64,000 bases of DNA from a virus. Its lineage: Duplodnaviria > Caudoviricetes. Under the pieces are notes generated by a model. It saw only the letters and a program-made list of their open reading frames with translations, had not been told where the DNA came from and ran no database searches. Each line of letters begins with the position of its first letter. Within the stretch, counting starts at the first letter, position 1. This document shows positions 25,426 through 38,300 of this stretch, piece after piece. A program made the translations under genes and the position numbers. The stretch spans positions 128,001 through 192,000 of the IMG/VR virus record IMGVR_UViG_3300029305_005724. One strand, given 5' to 3'.

Positions 25426-28400
25426 ATGTATTCCTATAATGAAGCAGTATTGGATCAGGTAATTGCTAATTCCTTGAAAAAGAAAGGTATTAAGAATACT
25501 ACTGATTCGATAAAAGAGCTTAATGGCAAAAATGCCATTATAGATACTTCCTCTATTCAATATAAAGAAGATGAGGCTTATATGAATTCTCTAAAAAACC
25601 TTTGCCAAAAACTTGAAGGTTATAGAGAAAAGATCATTTATATTCCTGTATCGAAATGGTATAGGAAAGATCAAAATGCTATTGAGGAATCTAAAACTCC
25701 TCTCGGAGCTATTTGTAGATATATAAAGAAAGCTCCTACAGAATTTAAGAAAGTATTTTCAGATTATATCTTTATTTTTTATAATGAAAATAAAGAAAGT
25801 TTTGCACTTTATGCAGATCAATATAAGGCAACGGAATATAAGATTGTTTCTGAGCTAATAAGTACTCTTATAATGAATGCAACTCCAACTGTTAAGAGAT
25901 TTTCTTCCGAATCGAAGGATGATAATGAAAATAAATCTCCAGTTAAAGATGTTGTTACGGATACGAAAGAGGCAGATAAGGAAGAAACCAAGGCAAAGAA
26001 ACAGGATCTTATTGATGCTATTAATGCAGCGTCTGAATCTTCAGAAACTGAAGAAGAAGCATGGGAGAAATTAAATTCTGATGAGTATATTAAATCTCTT
26101 ATTGCTGAACTTGATGAAGAAGATGATGGCAAGCCCAAATTTAATGCGGCTAGAACTGAAAGAATGTCCAAGCTCAATGATGAATTCTTAAATAAGAAAG
26201 TTGTTGGAGATAAGACTATACGTCAGCTCATTTCAAAACCAGCAGTTAAGCTTGAGCCTAAGCATTTGAAGGTGACTTCGATTAATGAAGAATGGGACGA
26301 TATGAAGTTTCTTAGCTTCAATAATCAGTATAATATTAGTGCAGATATTTATGCTGCTCTTTATCATCTTTCGAAAACAAGCTATCCTATTAATGTAGTC
26401 GAAACTAAGGTGGAAGATACTTCTACTAATATGGACTATATTGAAACTTATACTGTGACTGTTGAAGATGGTTTTGGTAAGAGATCTACACTTGTATTTG
26501 ATGTGCCGAAATTTAAAAATAATCGTTTCATGAGACTTCGTGGAAATGAAAAGGTTATGTCTGGACAGCTTCTTTTACTTCCTTGTCTTAAAACAGATGA
26601 AGACACTGTACAGTGCGTAAGTAACTATAACAAAATATTTATTCGCCGTCATGGCTTACAAGGAAGATCATATCCATCTGTGGATAAGCTTCTAAAAGCT
26701 TTAAGAAAGCATGAAAATAATGCTGCAATTAAAGTATATTTTGGTGATAATAAAGCTATTTGCTCTAAATACGAACTTCCTGTTGATTATATAGATTTGG
26801 CTTCTGAAGTTAATAGGATTGAAACAAAAGAAAAGACCTATTTCTTTAATCAAGATGAGTATTATACTCATTATAAAATTGAAAAGAAGAATGGCATTCC
26901 ATATGCTATTAATAAAGCAGATGAATCGGTATGCTATTATGCTGATAATAATCAAGGATTATTATCATACGTAATAGCAAAAGAACTTGGTTTTGTTTCT
27001 GAGGACTTTAGATCACTCTATAATAGTATTAAACCAGCATCTAGACTCAATTATTCCGAGGCAAGTATTCTTGCGAATAAAATTCCTCTTATTGTGCTTT
27101 TAGGATATTCTCTTGGTTTGCATAAAATTGCCAAGATAATGTGTGATACTAATGCTAAATTTTATGATGATAAGAGAACCAAATACGACCCCGATAAAGA
27201 GGCAGCAATTAAATTTTCTGATGGTTTATTTGTTTATCCTATTAATTATGCAACTTCCATGCTCTTTAATGGTCTTGCAGAATGCCCGACAGAAAATTAT
27301 TCTATTGCAGATGTAGATTCGAGAGCCATGTGGCTAGACTTCCTTGATGATTTTGGGGGAAGAATCCTATCCGATGGTCTCGATAACTTCGTCGATCTAT
27401 TCGTAGATCCTATTACTGCAGAAGTTTGTGAGTATTGTGGAATTCCTTCAGATTATTTTGAAATGCTCATTTATGCAAATAATCTTCTTGCAGATAATAA
27501 ATATAATCGTCATACTGATATTTCTGGTAACCGCTATAGAACTACAGAGATTGTAGCTGGATATGTTTACAAAGCTCTTGCTAGAGCATATGTAGAGTAC
27601 AAAGCTCAGGTTAAGCGTGGTAGGAAAGTTGGTATTTCTATAAAGAGAAGTGCTGTTATCGATGGTATTATGGAAGACCCAATGTCCTCTGATTTGTCTA
27701 TCCTTAACCCGCTTCTTGAAATTGAAGCATCTAATTCCGTATCGTTTAAAGGCCTTTCTGGTATGAACTCTGATAGATCATATGGTCTCGATAAACGTAC
27801 ATATGATGATTCAATGATTAATAAACTTGCATTGTCTACTGGATTTGCTGCCAACGTTGGTATCAACAGGCAGACAACCGTAGATATGGACATTGAAGGA
27901 ACCCGTGGATATATCAAATCCACCAATCCTGATGATATGTCTGTAACTAAGACGTTTAGTATGACTGAAGCTGTTACTCCTTTCGGAACAACAAGAGATG
28001 ACCCGTTCCGTTCTGCGATGACATTTATTCAGACATCTAAACACTCTATGAGAACTCAAAAATCTATGCCTCTTCTTATTACCAATGGTGCGGATGAAGC
28101 CATGGCACATATAGCATCTGATACTTTTGCATTTAAAGCAAAAGAAGATGGAGAAGTTATAGAAATAATTGATAATAGTCATATGATTGTATCATATAAG
28201 AAACCTGTATACAACCAAGAGGGCCAAGCTTTTACATCTGAGTATGTTGATCTCAAAGAAGAAGTCAAGAAGAACTCTGATGGCGGTTTCTATATTACTC
28301 TTAAATTGGATACAGATCTTAAAGTTGGATCTAAATTTAAGAAAGGTGATATTATAGCATATGATAGAACCTCGTTCTCCAATAAGAATGGAGAGACAGA

Positions 28401-29223
28401 TAATCTTGCATACAACTTGGGAGTTTTGGCTAAGGTAGCAATTATGAATACCGATGAAGGTTTTGAAGACTCTACATCTGTATCTGATTGGCTGTCTGAA
28501 GCAATGGCTACCGATGTAGTTGTAGAAAAAGATGTTGATCTTTCTAAGGAAACTAACTTGTATCAGATTGTTAAAGTTGGGCAGTCTGTGCAGGAGGGCG
28601 ATCCTTTACTTATATTCCAAAATTCTTTCGATGAGAAAGATGCAAATATGCTCTTAAAGAATATCACAGATCCAGAATATGTATCGGATTTGGGAAGAAT
28701 TCGTCTTAAGAGTAAATATACTGGAGTAATTCAGGATATTAAGATTTATCGTACTTGCGAAATTGACGAAATGTCTGATAGTCTGAAAGCTCTTGTTACA
28801 AGTTATGAAAAGAAGATTCAAGAGACTAGAAAACTTTATAAGAAGCATAATATGCCTGGAGAAAATCTTCTTGATCCTGACTATAAGATGGCTCCAACAG
28901 GAATTATGAAGAATAATAATGATGGAATAAAAATTGTATTCTATATTAAATATTTTGATAAACTTTCCGTTGGAGATAAGACAGTTGCTCAGTCGGCAAA
29001 TAAAGGCGTTGTTAAAAACATCTTCCCTAAAGGATATGAGCCGTTCTCTGAGTATAGACCTGATGAGAAGATCCATGCTCTATATGCAGCTAGATCATTC
29101 AATGCTCGTATGGTTACTTCCGTATGGACATCTGGAGCTATAAATAAATGTATGATAGAATTGGATCGTCAGGTAAAAGAAATTATGGGTATTCCATGGA
29201 CTCCTTTGGAAGATATGGAATGA
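25426..29223 (+). CDS. RNA polymerase beta-like subunit (probably virion RNAP)
   Basis: FDVPKF..LRGNEK, NPLLEIE..SFKGLSG, DDPFRSAM..QTSKH, GFEDS, GDK..QSANKGVV, SFNARM; late-type promoter. Confidence 0.9.
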   Translation: MYSYNEAVLDQVIANSLKKKGIKNTTDSIKELNGKNAIIDTSSIQYKEDEAYMNSLKNLCQKLEGYREKIIYIPVSKWYRKDQNAIEESKTPLGAICRYIKKAPTEFKKVFSDYIFIFYNENKESFALYADQYKATEYKIVSELISTLIMNATPTVKRFSSESKDDNENKSPVKDVVTDTKEADKEETKAKKQDLIDAINAASESSETEEEAWEKLNSDEYIKSLIAELDEEDDGKPKFNAARTERMSKLNDEFLNKKVVGDKTIRQLISKPAVKLEPKHLKVTSINEEWDDMKFLSFNNQYNISADIYAALYHLSKTSYPINVVETKVEDTSTNMDYIETYTVTVEDGFGKRSTLVFDVPKFKNNRFMRLRGNEKVMSGQLLLLPCLKTDEDTVQCVSNYNKIFIRRHGLQGRSYPSVDKLLKALRKHENNAAIKVYFGDNKAICSKYELPVDYIDLASEVNRIETKEKTYFFNQDEYYTHYKIEKKNGIPYAINKADESVCYYADNNQGLLSYVIAKELGFVSEDFRSLYNSIKPASRLNYSEASILANKIPLIVLLGYSLGLHKIAKIMCDTNAKFYDDKRTKYDPDKEAAIKFSDGLFVYPINYATSMLFNGLAECPTENYSIADVDSRAMWLDFLDDFGGRILSDGLDNFVDLFVDPITAEVCEYCGIPSDYFEMLIYANNLLADNKYNRHTDISGNRYRTTEIVAGYVYKALARAYVEYKAQVKRGRKVGISIKRSAVIDGIMEDPMSSDLSILNPLLEIEASNSVSFKGLSGMNSDRSYGLDKRTYDDSMINKLALSTGFAANVGINRQTTVDMDIEGTRGYIKSTNPDDMSVTKTFSMTEAVTPFGTTRDDPFRSAMTFIQTSKHSMRTQKSMPLLITNGADEAMAHIASDTFAFKAKEDGEVIEIIDNSHMIVSYKKPVYNQEGQAFTSEYVDLKEEVKKNSDGGFYITLKLDTDLKVGSKFKKGDIIAYDRTSFSNKNGETDNLAYNLGVLAKVAIMNTDEGFEDSTSVSDWLSEAMATDVVVEKDVDLSKETNLYQIVKVGQSVQEGDPLLIFQNSFDEKDANMLLKNITDPEYVSDLGRIRLKSKYTGVIQDIKIYRTCEIDEMSDSLKALVTSYEKKIQETRKLYKKHNMPGENLLDPDYKMAPTGIMKNNNDGIKIVFYIKYFDKLSVGDKTVAQSANKGVVKNIFPKGYEPFSEYRPDEKIHALYAARSFNARMVTSVWTSGAINKCMIELDRQVKEIMGIPWTPLEDME

Positions 29224-29391
29224 TAAAATTTCTTCAAAAATAATAAATTTTAGACGTAGAAGTTCTTACACTTCTACGTCTATTTTTGTATTTTAAAATG
29301 TTCTAATTGCATTGAATTTGGTCGAATTAGATTATCTTAGCCAACTTTTATACTGTGAACATAGTATTAAAATCCTCAAAAGAAAGGAGGA

Positions 29392-32300
29392 ATGATTGGT
29401 ATGGCCGCCAAATTAAAATTACCTAAAGTAACTAGATATGTCGCTAATGTGGGAAAGTCGCTAGCCTTTGCCACAATCGACGCTGTGTCCGAAAATACAT
29501 CTGGTATTAAAGACTTTATTGAAACAAATAATGATATTTTCAGAGAATCTTATTCTGGTGCTAAGAATTATCGCCAGACTGCTAGAAATGCTGCCAAGAG
29601 CATTAAGCAGAGTAATCTCTATCAAGCTATTAAAGTCGGCGCAAGAAATCTTGGCGAAGACCTGAAGAGTGGTAAATTCTATAATGAAAGAGACTACAGT
29701 GATCAGGTCCTTGGTCTTGATGAAGGCTTCGGTGATGATGATCTTGATTTTTCTTGGGATAATGAAAGCGTAGATGATGGTACCAAAGCAACTATCGCTT
29801 CAACAAATGCTATGTCCGATAGACTTGATCAGTCTATTGGGGCCGCTGCCATGTCAACTAATTCCACTGTCGCAAAAGGTGTTAGACTGGTTACTCAGTC
29901 TAATGAGGCTTCAACACAACTCATGATGGCTCAAATGGATAGAAGCGCTTCTATCATTTCTTCTAGTATGGGAAGTGTTTACACCGCAGTAGATTCTGTA
30001 AATAAGTTCCTCAATGGTCCTCTTGTTTCCCATATGGAGAACTCCAGAAAATACTATGAGGCTAGCCTTAGATCTCTTGAAGAGACTCAGGGTATGATGA
30101 AAGAAATGCTTGAAATGCAGAGAAATCTGTATAAGGCACAGCAGGAAGCTGCTAAGCCTAGCAAGCTTGATCAGTCCTTCACTGCTGGTGGAGGAATTGA
30201 TATTGCCGGATATTTTAAGAATGTAAAAGGCAATATTGGCAATCTTATGAGTGAATACGGCATTGGAGGTTTCGATCTCGGTGGAGGTAACCCCTTCATG
30301 GCTTTCGCAGCAGCTCCAATGAAGATCTTCACTTCATTTATGATTGATAATATCATGTCTAAAGACTTTAAGAAGTCTTTAAAATCTTTTGATAAGGGGC
30401 TGACGAGCATGTTCTCGCAGTTCGTTGCAAGAATGAATACTAAGAAAAATGATGTTAGCGGAGGACTTTGGGATATCGTAGCATCTATTTTTGGTATTGA
30501 TATTGCTAAGAAAGATAATATTGATCCTTCAAAGTATAAGAAGGATGCTGTCCCCTTTGACGGTATTACTCGTCAAGCTATCATTGAAACCATTCCTGGT
30601 TATCTTGCTAGAATCGAAGCCGCATTGACAGGTAATGATGAACGTTACTATGATTATCAAGGTGGTACTTGGAAAGGTGCTAGAAGAATCGCTAAGGAAT
30701 ATGATGCCGTAGAAACTTCTGCTATTGCAAATGCAAATAGTAGTATTAAGTCTGATATTCAACCTCTTATTGATCAGCTAAAAGCTATAAACGAAGGACA
30801 GGCGAGATCCATGTCCAAATCTGTTGATAGAATGATTATGCAGATTTATAAAGATGGTGGAGATTTCAGACCTAATGATCCTGATGCTTGGAAACATTAT
30901 GGATTCAAGAGTAAAAGAGATTTCGATTTAGCATATGGACGTATGAGCAGAACTACTGTTCGCGATATTGCTAAATCAAATATGGATGCTAGACAGCGTG
31001 TATCAAATGCTCGTCTTGCCGAAGAAGCCAATGGTGGTATTAGCCGTCAGCTCTATAATGGAGCTTTTGAAATGGATCCTTCTGGTAAAGGCAAACGTGT
31101 TGATTATACTGGTCTTGCAAAAGGTTCTGGATGGCTATCTCTTAGTAAAGATGAACAAGGACACAATGTGTTCCATTATCTTAGAGAAATTCTTAATGCT
31201 ATTACTCTTAAGCATAATAAGAAGAATAAAAATAGATGTTATGCCAATACTAGAACACCGTCATCTCATAGAGAAGGAGGAAGTCGCAGAAGCGGATCTG
31301 AAAGTTCAGATGATTCTGGCGGCGACCCTGACCCGGCCTCAGATGATGATGGCCCATTAGGGGATGATGTTTGGGAGAGTCTTAAGGCTGATGAAGCAGC
31401 TAGGGCTGCATCTGGTACTAAGAAAAAAGGTCTAGGTGACTGGGTTCGCGACAAGATGGGCAACTCTCCTATAGGCAAACTTTTCGGTAAGATGCTTGGC
31501 GGCGCTGCCGATATTGTCTCCAAGCCTTTAAACTATGTCACTAAGCTTATTAATAAAGCTGATGAAAGCATGTTCAAGATGATGTTTGGCACTCTTGATC
31601 TTAAGGATAAAGATGGAAACAAAGTCGAGAGCGTATTCCAGTATATCACTATGAAGGTTAAAGATACCTTTGCTGATATCGGAAACTGGTTTAAAGAGCA
31701 ATTTAAGAACGTTAAAAATACTATATCTGATTTCTTCAAAGAAAAGATTAAGCCTCTTTGGGAAAAGTACGGAAAGCCTGTTAAAGATCAGGTATTCGGA
31801 ATGGCAAAGAAAGGTTTTGGTCGTTTCAAAGAAGGAGTTGGAAATACATTTGGCAGAGCTTATGATACTGTAAAGACCCGTATGAAAAAGGGTGAAGTAG
31901 TTCCTACAGGAGAAGTTGTTGAAGCAGCTAAATCTGGAGAAGATGTTGTTGATACTAATGCTCGCGGAACTTATGCAACCAAGCGTGGTCTTACCATGGT
32001 ATCTCCTGGCGAAATGATTATTCCTGCTTCTTTCGATCCTAGAGAGCAGCAGGCTATGGAGGCTCTTGAGAGAAGAGATCGTAGAAGAATAATCAATGCT
32101 ATTGGATTAAATGCTAAAGGTACTGTAAATACTGATCAAATGAAGGCAAACCTTCGTAAGATCATGGAAGAGAATAAAGGTAAAGGTGCTAGAACTGCCG
32201 CAAGTGGTATTCTTGGTGGAGCTGCTGGTCTTTTGACCGGATTCAACCCTCTACTTGGTGCTATGGCAGGTGCTGGTATTTCTATTATCGAAAGTTCTGA

Positions 32301-35300
32301 TACTCTCAAGACTGCTCTCTTTGGTAAAGAGATGGAAGATGGTACTTATAAGAAGGGCCTGATGCCTAAGGGTCTTGTGGATATGTTTAAGAAATCTGGT
32401 AAAGATATGACAGATCTTGGTATAGCTGGTGGTCTATTGGGTCTTGTGACTCCTCTTGGACCTCTTGGCGGTGCTATTATCGGTTCTTCTATCGGATTCT
32501 TAAAGAATAATGAAAAGTTTAAAGAATTTGTATTCGGTGACAAGGATGGTAAGGGTGGATTCTTAAAGAAAGAATCCTTTGATAAGTTTAAGAAACACCT
32601 TAAGAAAGCAGCTCCTAGTATGCTTATTGGTGCTGGTGCTGGTATTCTTATGGGGCCCTTTGGTCTTCTTGGTAATGCAATTATGGGTGCTGGAGTTGGA
32701 TTGCTTTCTAGTACTTCTGCTTTTCATAAGTTTGTATTTGGTGATCCTGACGATCCTAAGAAGGGTAGCCTTGTTGGTGCAATGAAGAGAGGTATTCTTG
32801 AACCTGCTAAAGAAAAGATTAATGAGATTCTTGAAGGATTTAAAGGATATGCTAAGAAGCATCTTCTTGAGCCTCTTAAGAATTTCTGGGAGCCTTTTAA
32901 GCAAGGTCTAAAGAATATGATAACCTCTATCGGCGATGGGGTTAAAGATGCATTTAATCGTGTTGCTGAAAAATATCTCGGAATCCCGATTCATGATTTC
33001 CTTCAGGAGAAAGTCTTCAAACCGATGACTAAGTTGTTCTTCAACATCTTGAAGTTCCCTCTTAAGATTGCTAAAGTTGCTGTAGCAGCTCCTTTCAAAG
33101 CTCTTGGTGCTATTGGCAATTCTATGAGAATGGGGCAAATCAATAAGGGTAAAGCTAGAGATATGACAGCACAAGAGCGTCTAGACTTTAGAAAGAAGCA
33201 TGGCGTTCGTAACTACTTTTCCAAAGTACGTGGTGCTGATAAGATGCAGAAACAAGACGAGTATCTTGCAAATGCTTCTCTTGAAGAACTTCAAGCAATG
33301 TCTGCTCAAGCTGGCGGAACTCTTGAAGGTCGTCAAACTGCAAGTAAAGCTGTAGTTGAAGCTAGAGGTGCGCTTGGTCGGGAAATCTCTGCATTCTTTA
33401 ACGAAACAAACCCTGATGGCACATTAAGATATGATGTCACTAAGTTTAAATATGTAAAGAAGATTGCTCGCGCTGGAGCAGACGGAGATCTTGAAGAGAT
33501 GCACCGTCTTATTGATGCAGAGCCTAATCTCACTCCTGTAGAAAAAGCAGATCTTAAGCAGCGTCTCGGGGCTAAAGTAGAGGCTGCTGAAGGCGCAAAT
33601 GCAGAGCTTAAGAAGGCTAATGCAGATCTTAAAAAAGGCAATAAGGGACTCTCTAAAATTCTTGGTCATAAGGTTAAGGATAAGAAGGGTCTTAGAGATG
33701 TCAAGAGATCTGTAGATGCAGAAATAGCTCTTCGTACCAAAGCTGCAGAAAAAGAAAAGAAAAAGAAAGAATCAGATGCAGCAGCTGCGGCTGCAGCAGA
33801 TGAAGCTTTCAAGAAAGAGCATCCTGCTGAAGCAGCTATATTAGATGCTACTAAGCAGCAGACAGATGTTGTTTCTCAGCAATTCCAGAGTGCTAACAGC
33901 AAAATCGATGAAATCATCAAATTGATCAAGATTCAGCTTGATCCTACTGGAGAGGCTGAAAAAACTACACCTCCTGGTAATGAAGAAGGTCAGCAGAAGG
34001 GTGTTCCGCAATTAACTGATGGAAAATCTGGAGTTCCTGCCACTATAGAAGCTCCTAAGGGACCGGCATCTTCTGAAATTGCAAAGATTGCAGATGCTGC
34101 TGGAGAAAAAGCGGAGAAAGAAGAAGCACAGCAAGACGTTATAGCTGCTGAAGCAGCTGGGGTCGATGGATCTGCCAAGCCTACTCTTGTCCAGAGAATG
34201 CTTAATAAAGCAAAAGGCAGTAAAGTTGGTCAAGCAGTTACAGGCTTTGCTTCTAAATTTATTCCTCATCATGATGAAGACTCTAAGGAAGCTACTGAAG
34301 CTAGACAAGCTGCAGAGCAAGAAGAGGCTGAAGAGGATGAGAATGATGCCAATACCAGAGAATCTGCAACATGGCTTCAACGTATTGGCGAAGGCTTAGG
34401 ATTCGGCAAGAAGAAGAAAGGCAAAGATGATGAAGAGGGAGGTGGCTTCCTTGGAAAGATCTTTGGCGGCATTGGTAAAGGTATTAAGGGTATCTTTAGT
34501 TTCCTTACTGGTGGTCTTGGAACTACTGCTGGCAAGATAGCTCTTGCAGCCGGAGGACTTTCACTTCTTGGATGGGGTTCTGAATGGATTAAAACATCCG
34601 TATGGCCTAAATTAAAATCTTTCCTATTTGGAGAGAAAGATGCTGATGGTAACGTTGTAAAGAATGGTCTTCTTGGTGGCCTTGGTGATAAGATGAAACA
34701 AATCTTCTTAGGCACTGGTGGTGTTGTTGAGAAGATCGGAGGATTCTTTACCAAGATCAAAGATTGGTATGAAGGTAAGGGTGGAATTTCTGGCATTCTT
34801 GTAAATGACGTTGTTCCTAAGATTATTGCCGGTTGGGGTCTTGCAATGGATAATATTGTAACTCCTCTTGTAGCAATACTAATCAAGAACTTGCCTAGCA
34901 TGTTCCTTGGTCTTGTAAAGGGCGTTATTAATGGTATTAAAATTGCAGTACTTAATAAGGGTATTGTAAGAGAAAAGAATACTACAATTGACACGGGTAA
35001 TGCACTTAAAGAGCTTAATGGTGGTGTTGCAAATTCCAATGCTATGTATAATGCTCTTGGAGATGCTAAAGGATCTGTGAAAAACATGTTCAGTACAGCT
35101 AAGAGCTCTGCCGCATATACTGCAAATAAGGCTGCTGAAATCAATTATGGCTCATTGTTTGGCGTAAATGATGCTAAAGCAGATGAAACTTATGATGCAA
35201 ATGGCAATAAGCTTAATAAGTCTGGACAGGATATAATGTATGAGGATGGTTTCCTCGGTTCTAAGAAATCAACTAATCAGCTTTATTATGATGAAAATGG

Positions 35301-38300
35301 TAATATAGCAATAGATCAGTATGATACTTGGAATACAACCGATAGTCTTGCAAGTAAAGGTGCTAAGGTTGCCGGTAGAGGATTCCTGCATGGACTTCTT
35401 GGACGTAAGAATCCTATATTTACAGCTCTTGGTAAAATTAGCGGCAAGGGTATTGGAAAAGGTACAGCTAAAGTTGTTACTGGCGGTATGGGCAAAGCCG
35501 CTAAATGGTCTGGAAAGATCTTTGGTGGATCGAATAAGCTTGGTCAGAAATTAAATAGCTGGATGACAAATACTCCTGTATATACGGCTGATGAAGTTGC
35601 TAAGGCTTTTGGAACATCTGCTGATGATATTGCAAAAGCTATGGGCAAGAAGGCCGGATATAGTGCCGATGATATTGCCAAAGCATTTGGATCTAATGTC
35701 GATGACGTTGGTAAATTTATGGCTAAGAATGCCGATGACGTTGTAGAAGGCGCTGCTAAGTCTGCAACTAAGAGCAAAGGTGTTCTTAGTAAGATTAAAG
35801 ATAAAATATTCGGCAAAGCTGGTAAAGAAGCTGCCGAAACTGCAGCTACGAAAACTGGTTCTAAGGTGGCCAAAGAAGTAGTTGAAGAAACTGCTGAAAA
35901 GGTCGTTAAGAATGCAGATGATGTAGCTAAGCATGGCCCTAAGATTATTGCTAAGATTAAGAATTTCTTTACTGAAATTGCTGGCAATAGTAAAATTATC
36001 GGATTCATTAAGAAGGCTTGTAAGAAGGCCGGTACTGATGATGGAGTTATTAAGAAAGCTCTTAGTGCAATTGCTGATAAGATTGGTAAAGTTGCTACAA
36101 AGATTGGTAAATCTGGTGTTGGTAAGCTTGCTGGTAAATTAGCTAAGTGTATTCCTTATTTGAATATAGCTCTTTATGTAGCAGACTTCTTATGGGGTTA
36201 TAACAATGCTGATACAATTCTTGGCGTTGCTAAAGGAGATGAATCTTTTAAGGTTGGATTTGGCCATAAGGTTCTTTGTGGTTTGTTACATCTTATAACT
36301 ACCAACTTAACCTTTGGACTAGTTCCTACAGAGACTCTAGTTGATATTATTGTCGAATTCTTGTTCCCGCTCTTTGGTCTTAGTGCTGACGAGCTTATGG
36401 CAGCAAGAGAGCGTGCAGATGATATCATGGATGCTTGGAATGAAGCTCATCCTGATGATACGTATACTAACCTTGAAGACTTTAATAACAAAGACAAGTG
36501 GTGGTTTAAAGCTAAGAAAGCTGTTAAGGGTGCTCTTGGCAAAGCCGGAACTTGGATCAAAGATACAGCAGGAAAAGCATGGTCTGGAATAAAATCCGGT
36601 GCTTCTACTGCATGGGAATGGGCTAAAGAAAAGGCTAGCAATGTTTGGGAGGGCGTAACAAGCTTCTTCTCTAACGTTGGCAGCACATTTGGCAAACTCT
36701 TTGATGGATTCAAAGATACTTTCTCTGCCATTGGAAAAGGAATCGGAAAAGTTCTATCCTTTGCATGGAAGGGAGATCTTAAGGGAGCATATAAATATTC
36801 TGTAGAGGAAAACAAGGAATCCCCTGTAACCTCTAAGATTGCGAATATTATACTTGGAATCGGAAAAGTATTCTATACTCCTGTAATCCTTATAACTTCT
36901 CTCGTAGGTAAAATTAAAGATGTATTCGTCAAACTCTTTGATGCTGCTAAACAGGTAATACCTGCTGTTGGTCAAGGAATGGCAGATACATTTAAGGGAG
37001 CTTGGAAGGGCGAATTCTGTAAGGGTCAGATTAAATCTACCGGAAATGAAATGCTCGATAAAGTTTCTAATGCAATTCTCTTTGTCGGAAAGATCGTTAC
37101 GCTTCCTGTACAATTTGGTGCATTCCTAATTGGTAAGGTTGTTGGAGCTGTTAAGAAGGTAATAGATGCTGCAAAGAATGTATTACCTAACGTTGGCCAG
37201 GGAATGGCTGATACTCTTAAGAAAGCTTGGAATGGAGAATTCTGTCAAGGACAAATTAAGCCTACTGGCAACGATATGCTTGATAAGGTTTCTGAAGCTA
37301 TACTTACTGTCGGAAAGATCGTTACGCTTCCTGTACAGTTCGGTGCATTTGCTATCGGCAGTGTAGTAAGAGGAGTCAAGAAAGTTATTGACGTTGCTAA
37401 GGAAATCGTTCCTAATATTGCCTCTGGTACAGGACAACTATTTGCAGCTGCTTGGAAGGGTGAAGATGCTGATGTTCAACTTAAATCGACCGATAATGAT
37501 CTTCTGGATAAGATTCAGAATGTAGTATTCGGTATAGTTAAAGTTGTAACATTTGTACCTAGAACTCTAACTTATGCTGTAGGTCGTGTAGTAGATGGTG
37601 TTAAAGCAGTTATCAATGCTGCTAAAGTCATAGTTCCTAATGTAGCCAAGGGTACTGGACAATTGTTCAAGGATGCTTGGAAGGGTGAGGATAATGGCGG
37701 TGAGCTTGAAAGTACTGGAAATGATCTTCTGGATAAGATTCAGAATGTTGTCTTTGGTATTGTAAAGGTCGTAACATTTGTACCTAGAACTCTAACTTAT
37801 GCAGTTGGAAGGGTTGTAGATGGAGTAAAAGCAGTTATCGATGCTGCTAAGAAAATTATTCCTAATGTAGCAACTGGTACAAAGAATTTGTTTGTAAGTG
37901 CATGGAAGGGTGAAGATAATAATTCTACATTGCCTTCTACAGGAAATGATCTGCTCGATAAGATTCAAAATGTGGTATTTGGCATTGTCAAAGTTGTCAC
38001 GTTTGTTCCTCGTACGTTAACCTATGCGGTTGGTCGTGTAGTAGATGCAGTCAAATCCGTAATTAATGCTGCTAAGCTTATTATACCTAATATTGCAAAA
38101 GGTACTGGAGACTTATTTGTTTCGGCTTGGAAGGGTCAAGAGAATAATAGCGAGCTTCCTAGTACAGGAAATGAGTTGCTTGACAAAATTCAAGGCGGTA
38201 TCTTTGGGGTAGTTAAGGTGATGACATTCGTACCTAGAACTTTAACCTATGCTGTAGGTAGAGTTGTAGATGCTGTTAAGTCTGTTATCAATGCAGCTAA

